Origin: Nocardioidaceae bacterium
Lineage (GTDB): Bacteria > Actinomycetota > Actinomycetes > Propionibacteriales > Nocardioidaceae
Assembly: GCA_013696975.1 (NCBI GenBank)
Contig: JACCXO010000049.1
Coordinates: 1 to 44,597, forward strand
Direction of reading: 5' to 3'
Length of the DNA stretch: 44,597 nt
Shown in pieces: positions 27,460 to 36,500 of the stretch. Made by a program: the position numbers and the translations under genes. A model generated the notes under the pieces. It was not told the origin of the DNA. It saw only the letters and a list, made by a program, of their open reading frames with translations, and did no database searches. Numbering within the stretch: position 1 is the first letter of the stretch; every line of letters starts with the position of its first letter.

Positions 27460-29798
27460 CGGCACGCACGAACGAGCGGCACAAGATGGCCTTATTGGGT
27501 TGGCTCGCGACGGTTGCCACGTCGTTGAGCTTCTCCCCTGCCCTGGCCGACAAACGGTTCGTGCTCATCGGCGCCTTGCTCGCAGCGTTGGTGATATGTG
27601 CTGGGGCAGTCCTCCGACAGCTCAAAGCGCCATGGCCCGTGGTCCTCATCGTGCAGCTGCTCCTGCTCCTCGAACTGCTCGCCGTCGGATACGGCAAGGG
27701 GCTGAAGTACAACGTCGTGCCCACCGACAAAACGTTCGCCGGGATAGCGCAGGTGCTGCGCGCGGGCGTGACAACGGCTCAGGAGTACGCCGCGCCAGCC
27801 CCCAAGAGCGCCGGCCTGACGCTCATGGTCGTGTTCCTTATCGCAATGGTGGCGATCCTGGTGGACCTCTTGGCGGTGGGGCTGGGGCGCGTGCCGCTAG
27901 CGGGACTACCGCTGCTCACTCTTTACACCGTTCCGGTTGCGGTCCTCCCCACCGGCGTTCCTATCTACGCCTTCGTACCCGGCGCAATCGGCTACATCTG
28001 CATGCTGACGACCGCTGAGCGCGAACGCTTGGCCCACTGGGGACGGTTGGTCCGCCGCTCGGAGGGGCCGACGGGAGCGCACGAGACCGTCGACACGTCT
28101 GTGCTGGCGGCGACGGGTCGCAAGGTGTCGTTCCTGGCCCTGTCGGCGGCGGTCCTGCTGCCCTTCGTCATACCGGCTTTTGCGCCCTCGATCTTGGACG
28201 GCGGTCGCCAACCCGGACGGGGCAGCGGTGCTGGCGGAACGCTGAGTTTCGATGATCCGATGGTGAGCTTGGCGCAGAGCCTGAGGCGCCCAGATCCCGT
28301 GGACGTCCTGTTGGTCGAGAGCGATGAGCGTCCCGAGTACCTTCGGCTTGCGGTGCTCGACCAGCCCGGTCCCGACGCTTGGCGCACCCGGCCGATCGAT
28401 CTGGCCGGCGACACTGTGCAACTGGACCAGGAGCTACCTGCTCCCGTGGGGTTGTCGACAGCGGTAGTCGGCGAGAACCGCGGCATGCACATCTTGCCCA
28501 CGAGCAACTTCCCGAGCGACAGCCCATGGCTCCCGGTTCCGTTCGCCAGCCAGGATGTGGCCGCAGGCAATGAGTGGGCATTCGTTCCCGAGGATCAGAC
28601 CGTCACCGGTGCTGTGGACTCGGCGGATTTCCCCACCGACGGCTACGACGTGGACTACCGGACCGTGGAACCCACCGCAGAGCAGCTCACATCAGCCAGT
28701 TCGACCCCGAATGACATCGTTGATCGCTACGCGTCGGTGCCCGAGGATGTGCCGGCCGAGATAGGCACCACAGCGCGAGCCGTCGTGTCCGGAGCGGGCA
28801 GCGACTACGAGGCGGCGGTGCTGCTGCAGGACTTCTTCCGCGACGGCGACAACTTCGACTACGACCTGGAGGTCGGCTACGGCTACGGCTACGGCGCCAT
28901 GGTCGAGTTCCTCGAAGAGAGACGAGGATTCTGCCAGCAGTTCGCTGCCACCATGGCGATGATGGCGCGAGAGGTCGGCATCCCGTCACGCATCGTGGTC
29001 GGCTTTTTGAAGCCCGAGAGGCTCGACCAGGGCAGCGACAACGTCTTCACCTCAGACAATGTCCACTCCTGGCCAGAGCTGTACTTCGAGGGTGTGGGTT
29101 GGGTGCGGTTCGAGCCGACGCCGGGGAACGGAGCAACGCCGCCGGCATACGCTCCTCGACCACAAGCGAACCCTCCAGGCGGTCCGCGGCCGCCCGTAGC
29201 GACGGCGACTGCGCAGCCCGAAGAGCTGCGACCGTCGCTCGACCCGGATCCGGGTGGCGCGTCGGCCCCAGCCGACTCCTCATCGTCGAAATCTGGTTCA
29301 GATGGTGCGCTTCCCTCCGAACGCTGGCTGGTAGCCCTCGGAGCGCTGATTTTGTCGGTGCTACCTTCCCTCCTGCGCAGCGCCATCCGCCGTCGTCGGA
29401 CAAGTCAGCTTGTCGACCAGATCGCGGCGGCCGAGGCAGCCTGGCTCGAGCTCCGCGACTCCATGATCGATCTCGGTCTACCGTGGAAGGGCTCCATGAC
29501 CCCGCGGGCACGCGAACGGGAGACCCAACGCTTCCTTGATGGGGATCCCGCCGGATTGTCTGCGCTCAGACGTCTGACGTTGAGTGTTGAGCAAGCCCGT
29601 TATGCCAGCTCATCGCCGCCAGACACACAGCCAGGTGACGACGTGAGCAAGGTGGTGTCATCGTTGACACGGGCGGCGGATCGTGGCCAACGGTTGCGTG
29701 CGTTACTGATGCCTGCATCGCTAGTGCCGGACTTGCGGGCCGAAGCAGCGCGGCTACGCGAACAGTGGGCCACCCGCCGGGTGCGGCCGATTCCTTGA
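27456..29798 (+). CDS. Polytopic membrane transglutaminase-like protein (TgpA-like: DUF3488 / transglutaminase core / DUF4129-like tail)
   Basis: ATGA overlap with the DUF58 stop; 780 aa. It has about 6 N-terminal TM segments. The core has Cys (RGFCQQFAATMAMMAR) and His (NVHSWPELYF), then GWVRFEPTP, where Glu replaces the usual Asp. A late TM segment and an Arg-rich tail follow. Confidence 0.88.
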   Translation: MTARTNERHKMALLGWLATVATSLSFSPALADKRFVLIGALLAALVICAGAVLRQLKAPWPVVLIVQLLLLLELLAVGYGKGLKYNVVPTDKTFAGIAQVLRAGVTTAQEYAAPAPKSAGLTLMVVFLIAMVAILVDLLAVGLGRVPLAGLPLLTLYTVPVAVLPTGVPIYAFVPGAIGYICMLTTAERERLAHWGRLVRRSEGPTGAHETVDTSVLAATGRKVSFLALSAAVLLPFVIPAFAPSILDGGRQPGRGSGAGGTLSFDDPMVSLAQSLRRPDPVDVLLVESDERPEYLRLAVLDQPGPDAWRTRPIDLAGDTVQLDQELPAPVGLSTAVVGENRGMHILPTSNFPSDSPWLPVPFASQDVAAGNEWAFVPEDQTVTGAVDSADFPTDGYDVDYRTVEPTAEQLTSASSTPNDIVDRYASVPEDVPAEIGTTARAVVSGAGSDYEAAVLLQDFFRDGDNFDYDLEVGYGYGYGAMVEFLEERRGFCQQFAATMAMMAREVGIPSRIVVGFLKPERLDQGSDNVFTSDNVHSWPELYFEGVGWVRFEPTPGNGATPPAYAPRPQANPPGGPRPPVATATAQPEELRPSLDPDPGGASAPADSSSSKSGSDGALPSERWLVALGALILSVLPSLLRSAIRRRRTSQLVDQIAAAEAAWLELRDSMIDLGLPWKGSMTPRARERETQRFLDGDPAGLSALRRLTLSVEQARYASSSPPDTQPGDDVSKVVSSLTRAADRGQRLRALLMPASLVPDLRAEAARLREQWATRRVRPIP

Positions 29799-29838
29799 CA
29801 GCTCCGCACCCAATCAGTGACTCAGCCAAGCCAGGGAG

Positions 29839-30237
29839 TCAGTAGTCGTCGCGTCGGCGGCGCCAGCGATCTTCCATCCGATTCATGAAACCCGACTGAC
29901 GCGCCGATGCAGAGCGCTGCCTCCCGTCGGAGATGGGGCGCACATTGTCTGGCAGGTCAGCGTTTCGAAGGTGCCGACCATGGGACAAGGCGACGTATGC
30001 CGAGCCGAGCATCACCACGAAGCCGCCGACCGCGATCGCGGTCATGGCCAACACGGCGCCGGTCATCAACAAGGCGATGCCAGCAGCGAAGCCGAGCGCC
30101 GCCAGGATGGTCAGTTTCTTGTGACGGGAACGCGCGGAGGCCCCACGCAGGGCAGAAGCAAACTTCGGATCCTCAGCGGCGAGCGCTTCTTCCATCTGCT
30201 CCAGCAGACGCTGCTCTTCTTCTGAGAGCGGCACCAT
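29839..30237 (-). CDS. DUF3040-family small membrane protein
   Basis: The N-terminus MVPLSEEEQRLLEQMEEALAAEDPKFASALRG is the DUF3040 signature as I recall it. Two TM segments follow. Confidence 0.8.
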   Translation of the reverse strand: MVPLSEEEQRLLEQMEEALAAEDPKFASALRGASARSRHKKLTILAALGFAAGIALLMTGAVLAMTAIAVGGFVVMLGSAYVALSHGRHLRNADLPDNVRPISDGRQRSASARQSGFMNRMEDRWRRRRDDY

Positions 30238-30512
30238 GTCCTCCAGCCGACGAGAGTGGTTTGTCGGGTCTATCTCAGTAGTCTAAGCACGCTCGAACGG
30301 GGAAGAAACCCAGCGACAAGAATTGGTCGGATAGAACGCCTGGTGCTGGACTTGACGGCGTCCGAGGCGCAAGCGGCGAAGGCTCCGGATCACGTTTTCG
30401 CTTCCTTAGCGCTGGCAACCTTTCGCCATGTCGTCGGGTGGCGTTACGCTAAGCCCTCCTATAGGTCACCGGCACGGCCCGGTTCTCGCGCAGAGGCGCA
30501 CAAAGGATTGAG

Positions 30513-31355
30513 ATGAAGAAGTTATTGGGGGTCATCAGTGCGGCCGCGTGCGTGGCCAGCCTCGCTGCAACACCTTCGCAAGCCACCACCCCCATCGCCA
30601 AGAGGCCGATTTCTGTCGGGGCGTTGTCACCCTCGGCTGCGTCCTTGGCTGCTGCGGCGTTGTCGTCCTCCACCGCGTCCCTGACCGCCGCGGCACCGCG
30701 AGGGCGTTTCAGCATGAAGGATCGGTGGGCCCGCGAATCCACGCGCTACGGCGACTCGGACTCGTCGGTCTATCGCATCGAACACGTGACCGAGCTGCAG
30801 TACCGCCTGACCTGGGCAGGGGTGTACAAGTCCGGCGCCACCGGCTACTTCGGACCCAAGACGCGAGAAGGCGTGCGCACCTATCAGCGCCGGGAGAAGC
30901 TGCGGGTCACGGGGGTGGCGACGCACAAGACCTGGGCGCATCTGCTGAGGGACACCGTGCGTCAACGCGGACGCATCCCTCGCGTCTGCAAAACCAACGG
31001 CTGGCACGCTTGCTATGACCGCTCCACGCACCAAGTGACCTTGTGGCGCGGTGGACGGATCCGTAACACCTGGTTGGTCAGAGGTGGCGCCTACGGCGGT
31101 TACGAGACCCGGGTCGGGAAGTCTGTCGTCTACTACCGCGACATTGATCACGTCTCGGGGCTATACGGCTCCCCCATGCCTTACTCCCAGTTCTTCGATG
31201 GTGGCCAGGCTTATCATGGTTCGAGTTACATGCTGAACCCGTTCGTGGGGCACAGCCATGGCTGCATCAATATGTACAACGAGGATGCTCGACAGCTCTG
31301 GAGGCTCACGTCGAAGAAGCGGCTCGAAGTGAGGGTCTACGGCGCTTGGGACTGA
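30513..31355 (+). CDS. Secreted L,D-transpeptidase (PG_binding_1 plus YkuD domains)
   Basis: Signal peptide MKKLLGVISAAACVASLAATPSQA. Peptidoglycan-binding repeat (LQYRLTWAGVYKSGATGYFGPKTREGVRTYQ). YkuD catalytic motif GHSHGCINM. AAGGA RBS. Confidence 0.88.
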   Translation: MKKLLGVISAAACVASLAATPSQATTPIAKRPISVGALSPSAASLAAAALSSSTASLTAAAPRGRFSMKDRWARESTRYGDSDSSVYRIEHVTELQYRLTWAGVYKSGATGYFGPKTREGVRTYQRREKLRVTGVATHKTWAHLLRDTVRQRGRIPRVCKTNGWHACYDRSTHQVTLWRGGRIRNTWLVRGGAYGGYETRVGKSVVYYRDIDHVSGLYGSPMPYSQFFDGGQAYHGSSYMLNPFVGHSHGCINMYNEDARQLWRLTSKKRLEVRVYGAWD

Positions 31356-31412
31356 CAGTCGCGGTGCGAGTCTGGCTCAGAGCAAGCTGGTAGGGAACAC
31401 TCGCGTCCGGCT

Positions 31413-32609
31413 TCAGGGTCGCGACGTCTTGAGGAGGGTTGCCGGTCGCACGGCGGCACCACCGAATCGATGCACAGCGCGATCGACAGCCCTCTCGGCG
31501 TCTTCCCAGCCATGTTGGCGTTCCCCCAGCAACAGCTGGCGCGTGGCGGTGGCCGAGTCGCAGAGGTTCTCGACTCGTACCCCCACCATGCGGATGCGAG
31601 CGCGCTGCAACCCGAGCGCTGAGAACAAGCCGGCAGCGGTCGCATAGATCTCGGGGGTCAGGTCGGTCGCATCTCGCAACGTTCGCGATCGGGTGAAGGT
31701 GGTGAAGTCGTAGAACCTGACTCGAATGGTCACGGTGCGGCCTTTGACGCAAGCCTTGCGCATCCGAGCTGCCACCTTGGTCGACAACCGCAACAGCTCT
31801 CGAAGCACGATCGCAGCGTCGTCCACGTCTCGGCTGAATGTCTCGTCGGCACCGATGCTGTGCTCAGGCTCATCGGCACCGCGGCGAGCGATGATCGTGT
31901 GCTGGTCACTTCCCCATGCCATCGCATGCACTCGAGCGCCGACGACCGGCCCCAAGGCTCGTTGCATGATGCTGACCTGCGTGTGGGCGATGTCGCCGAC
32001 AGTGCGCAGGCCGAGCCGATGTAGCTGGGCCGCTGTCTTTTCGCCAACACCCCACAGCTCTTCGACCGCGAGCGGGTGCAAGAACGCCGTGACTTCATCG
32101 TGAGGTACGACGACCAGCCCGTCTGGCTTGGCGCGTCTGGATGCCAGCTTGGCCACCTGCGTGGTCGCCGCCACCCCCACTGAACAGGTGATGCGCTGTT
32201 CATCAGCGATTCGAGCTCGTAGGTGCTCCCCGATCCGGGTCGATGAGTCGAACCGGCGAAGGGAACCTTTGACCTCGAGGAAAGCCTCGTCCATCGACAA
32301 CGGTTCGACGAGTGGTGTCACACTGCGGAAGGTCTCCATGATGGCCGACGACACCGTGCTGAACTGTTCGAAGTCGGGAGCTATGACCAGGGCCCGCGGA
32401 CACAACCGACGTGCCCGGGTCATGGGCATGGCGGATCGGACTCCGGATTGTCGAGCGGCATACGTCGCCGAGAGCACCACGCCACGATTCCCACCGCCCA
32501 CGATGACTGGTTGGCCCTGCAGCTCAGGTCGATCGCGAATCGCGACAGAAGCATAAAAGGCATCCATGTCGACGTGGAGAATGGTGCAGCCGGTGTCGTC
32601 AGCAGTCAT
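31413..32609 (-). CDS. dinB: Y-family DNA polymerase IV (DinB type, catalytic residues intact)
   Basis: Contains ILHVDMDAFYASV (catalytic Asp pair and steric-gate position) and LSMDEAFLEV (catalytic D/E), followed by HhH and little-finger regions. A QLLLG clamp-motif-like sequence lies near the C-terminus. Confidence 0.9.
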   Translation of the reverse strand: MTADDTGCTILHVDMDAFYASVAIRDRPELQGQPVIVGGGNRGVVLSATYAARQSGVRSAMPMTRARRLCPRALVIAPDFEQFSTVSSAIMETFRSVTPLVEPLSMDEAFLEVKGSLRRFDSSTRIGEHLRARIADEQRITCSVGVAATTQVAKLASRRAKPDGLVVVPHDEVTAFLHPLAVEELWGVGEKTAAQLHRLGLRTVGDIAHTQVSIMQRALGPVVGARVHAMAWGSDQHTIIARRGADEPEHSIGADETFSRDVDDAAIVLRELLRLSTKVAARMRKACVKGRTVTIRVRFYDFTTFTRSRTLRDATDLTPEIYATAAGLFSALGLQRARIRMVGVRVENLCDSATATRQLLLGERQHGWEDAERAVDRAVHRFGGAAVRPATLLKTSRP

Positions 32610-32671
32610 GTCCCTAGCCGCTCAGGAGGAGGGCCGACCGACGACGGGTCCGCTCGAAGGCGGGTGTCAGC

Positions 32672-33421
32672 TCAAAGCCGGGTCGCCAACAGGTGCAGCT
32701 GGGTCGCGATAGCCAAAAAGTCCGGATCGGTGGCGACTGCGGCTTCGAGTGCATGCAGCTCCTCAACCGCACCGGGCTCAGAGTCGACCATGGTGCTGGC
32801 GATGTGGTCGGTGAAAACCCTGACGCCACGCACCTCGGTGACGGTGAAGTGCGCTGAGGCGAGGAGCTCACATAGCTCTGCCAGTGAGAAGCGGCGTGGC
32901 GCGGAGTCGGCTCTGCTATCGGAGGTTTCGCGTTGCTGGAGCAGCGCTCTGGCGTCGGCGAGATGACCAGCGATCGCACGAGAGAAGACCGCGGCTGAGC
33001 GTTGCGCCACCAGGACGGACAGACACCCACCCTCGACCAGAGCCGTTGCCGCCGACGTGAGGGCAAGCGCTGGTTCGTCAACCACCTCGAGCACCCCGTG
33101 ACAGATGACGACATCCGCACTGGCCGGCTGAACCTCGTCGAGCAAGGTTGCCGCATCACCGAGGACTCCGCGGACGCCTGCGCTGACGGACACCTCAGCT
33201 GCTCGCCGCTCGAGGGATGCGAGCGCGTCCGGGCTGGGATCGACCACGAGGACGTGATGACCGAGCTCGGCAACCCGCACCGCCAGACCTCCGGTGCCGC
33301 CACCGAGGTCGATGACCTGCAGCGGTCGGTTAGCGCCCACGTCGAGGTGTCGTGCCCGCAGCGCCTCATGCAGCGCATCCCACACCATCGCAGTGCGCAG
33401 TGCGCTGCGACGATGCTCCAC
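32672..33421 (-). CDS. Class I SAM-dependent methyltransferase, substrate unknown
   Basis: Motif I VIDLGGGTGGLA and motif II-like DVVICHGVLEVV; 249 aa. I preferred it over the overlapping 313-aa ORF in another frame (32614-33555), which has no motifs and an Arg/Ser/Pro-biased composition. Confidence 0.8.
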   Translation of the reverse strand: MEHRRSALRTAMVWDALHEALRARHLDVGANRPLQVIDLGGGTGGLAVRVAELGHHVLVVDPSPDALASLERRAAEVSVSAGVRGVLGDAATLLDEVQPASADVVICHGVLEVVDEPALALTSAATALVEGGCLSVLVAQRSAAVFSRAIAGHLADARALLQQRETSDSRADSAPRRFSLAELCELLASAHFTVTEVRGVRVFTDHIASTMVDSEPGAVEELHALEAAVATDPDFLAIATQLHLLATRL

Positions 33422-33524
33422 CGATGACCTCTTTCGCTGCCCAACAGGTGGCTAAACCCTAGGCCATGACGGCTGGCTCGCCGCGGTCGTTGCGAGCGGC
33501 GCTCGGCGAGAGGGCGCACCGTGT

Positions 33525-36500
33525 TCATCCGGCGCTGCCGGGGCTGCGATGCCACAGCTTGCGAGGCACGGACTTGGAGTCCTCACCAGCGGGGCGGATA
33601 TCGGAGTACGGTGACTGCTTGTACCCACTGGTATGCACTAACACTCGGCGGCGGCCCATCCCGCCGGCAGTTGGAGCCGCCTCGTCTGTATCTTCGACGA
33701 GAGGGGTAGGTCCGGTGTCGTAGCTGGGTGGGCGTGCCATCACTGGTCGGCTCGATGAGCTACCGGCTGCTCCGTGAACAGCGTGGTCGTCGACCGTGCC
33801 GCTGGCGTGCTCGTCGAACCCCGCAGGCAACAACCGCATGCAGTCGTACACGGCCTCGATCCCTTGGCGTTGCCAGATCTCGTGGAGCATCGGCAGCTCC
33901 CAACAGCCGGTAGCGCGCAAGGACACCCCCTTGGGCCCGGTGCGGCGCAGCACTCCACGCACCACCAGCAGCCACGAGTGGAACAAGGTCGCGGCATAGG
34001 GTCCCTGGGCGTCTTCGAAGAAGGTCGCGTCAACAGGGCCGGTGCCGTCATCGAGGGTCAGGAACACCACGCGCCTGCCGGATCTGATCGGCGGTGTCTG
34101 GGTGGCGACCTTCACTCCAGCGACCAGCAGCTCACACTTGGTGCGGCGATGCAGAAGGTCTCGAGACCAACAGACATCGAGCTCGCGGAGCAGAGGTGCG
34201 TAGAAGTCGACGACATGGTGGCTCACGTCGAGTCCGAGAATCTCCAGCTCCGCTCGCACCCGCTCGGCTCCTGACATCTCTGGCAGGCCAGACGACTCCG
34301 TCAAGGCGGGAGTGTCGTCGAGGTCGAGAGTCAGCTGGACGCCGGTGACCGGCTCCACGGCTTTGGCGCCTTGTGACTGAGCCGCCGCCAGCGCGCGGGG
34401 GTCGGTGCCAGTTGGCGGGAGATGAGCCGAGGTGGTCGCGGCGCGGCGAGGCGAGGCGGCCCGCACTGCCTTGTCAGTGGCTCGGCTCCAACGGTCGAGG
34501 TCGAGCACCTGCAGCAAGAGGTCGCGCCTGGTCACGGTGCCCCGACGGCGTACCGGAACTGGGGAACCGATGCCATAGACCGCATCCAGGCCCCCCGCAA
34601 GCACCAGTCGTTCGGCGATGGGCCGGGAGACGCGAGCTCGTTGCCACAGGTCGGTGAGCGAATGGAAGGGACGCGCGGCCAGGATGCGCGCGATCTCCGC
34701 GTCGCTGATGCCCTTGACGTCCGCGAGCGACAGCCGGATACCGTAGGCCCGCCCGTCGGGCAGGTCAGGAGCGGGTGCTGGGCGGGGTGCGCGGCCGAGC
34801 ACCTCCGGTGGCGGCTCGTCATAGCTGCCGACTCTCTCGATCCGATAGACGTCGTCGGAGCAGTTGACGTCCAGGGGCAGCACGGCGATCCCGAACTGGC
34901 GAGCGTCGTCGAGGATCAACCGCTTGGGATACATGCCCGGGTCGTGGGTGAGCACGCCTGCCAGGAACGCCGCCGGATGGTGTGCCTTGAGCCATGCTGA
35001 CTGGTAGGTCGGAAGCGCGAAAGCCGCCGCATGGGCTTTGCAGAACCCGAATGAGGCGAAGGCTTCGAGGACCTCCCAGCAGCGTCGAGCGATGAAGGTG
35101 GAGTAGCCCCGGGCCAACACCCGCGGGAAGAACCAGAGCTTGATCGACTCTTTGCCCTGCTTGTCTCCCAACGCCCTGCGCGCTTCGTCGGCCTCCGCCA
35201 GCGTGCAGCCAGTGAGGGTGGCGATGATCTCGATCACCTGTTCGTGGAACACCACCACGCCGCACGTGGAGGCGAGAGACTCTTCGAGGTCGGGGTGGAT
35301 GTACTCCGGTTCTGACCAGCCTTGCCGGGCGCGGAGAAAGGGGACCACCATGTCGCTCTTGACCGGTCCCGGACGAAACAGCGAGATGTCGATGATGATG
35401 TCTTCGAAGGTCTCGGGAGCGAACTTGCCGACGAGCTCGCGCTGACCCGGGGACTCGATCTGGAAGCAGCCCAGGGTCTTGGTGCTCTGGATCAAGGCGT
35501 ATGTCGCGGGATCATCTCGTGGCGCCTGCGCCTCGTCGTCGATGTCGATCTGGATGCCATCGACCCGCTTGATCTCGTCGAGCGCATAACACATCGCCGA
35601 CTGCATCCTGATGCCGAGCACGTCGAGCTTGAGCAGGCCGAGGTCTTCGACGTCGTCCTTGTCGAACTGGCTCATGGGGAAGCCGAGATAGCTGGCCTCG
35701 ACCGGGGTGCGGTCGAGCAACGTGGCGTCGGACAGCAACACACCGCAGGGGTGGACGGCGATGTGGCGAGGCAACCCGTCGAGCTTTTCGACCAGCCCGA
35801 ACAACCGGTCGAGACGCTCCTCTCCCAGGCCGGAAGCGCGCAGCTCAGGGAGCTCGCGAAGGGCATTGCGCGCATCGCGAGCCCGGATGTGCGGGAAGGA
35901 CTTGGCGATGGAGTCGATCTCTCCCGGTGGCATCCCTAGAGCAGCCCCGACATCGCGGATCGCGTGGCGCACCCGATAGGTGTCCATCATCGAGACACAG
36001 GCGCAACGGGTGCCTGAGTAACGCTCGAGGATGCGCTCGTAGACCTCGGTGCGGCGAGCTGACTCGACGTCGACATCGATGTCGGGCAGTGCCTGCCGCA
36101 GCGGTGAGAGAAACCGCTCCATCAGCAAGCCGTAACGAATCGGATCCACGCCGGAGATGCCGAGCAAGTAGTTGACGACGCTGCCTGCACCTGAGCCGCG
36201 AGCGGCAACGCGCACGCCCATCTCGCGGATCAGATCGACGACGTCGGCCACGGTGAGGAAGTAGGTCGAGTACTTAAGCCGCTCGATCACCCCGAGCTCG
36301 TCGCGGAGCCGACTGCTCACCGCCTTGTGCTGGTCAGGAGAATAGAGCCGTCCGATGCCGGCTTCGCAGCGCGCGCGGAGCAGAGCATCGCCAGGAGAAG
36401 CAGACGGAGACCCAGATCCACGGCCGATGTTGAACTTAGGGCCGATGTTGAATTCAGGGCTGATGTTGAATTCAGGGCCGATGTTGAATTCAGGGCTGAT

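Noticed and set aside
30260-30283. A second RecA-NDp-like motif, TTGTCGGGT-N9-TAGTCT, on the plus strand upstream of the L,D-transpeptidase.
   Set aside because: The spacer is 9 nt rather than 8, the -35-like half deviates (GGGT rather than GGTG/A), it sits about 230 nt from the ATG, and there is no LexA box. It is likely a chance match but could be tested by 5'-RACE.
30238-30512. A possible riboswitch (for example ydaO/c-di-AMP, common upstream of actinobacterial wall enzymes) in the 275-nt leader of the L,D-transpeptidase.
   Set aside because: I could not find the conserved ydaO blocks (GGGGACCCA, CCCGAAUCC...AGCUAACC) or any other riboswitch core that I recognise. The 86-aa ORF there (30256-30516) looks non-coding.
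31413-32609. Whether the Y-family gene is actually ImuB, the inactive mutasome subunit.
   Set aside because: It retains the catalytic acidic residues (DMDAF.., SMDEAF..) and has DinB length (398 aa) without the ImuB C-terminal extension. I therefore called it DinB.
32614-33555. 313-aa ORF overlapping the methyltransferase in a different frame.
   Set aside because: It has no recognisable motifs and an Arg/Ser/Pro/Cys-rich composition. The 249-aa frame carries the SAM-binding motif VIDLGGGTGG.
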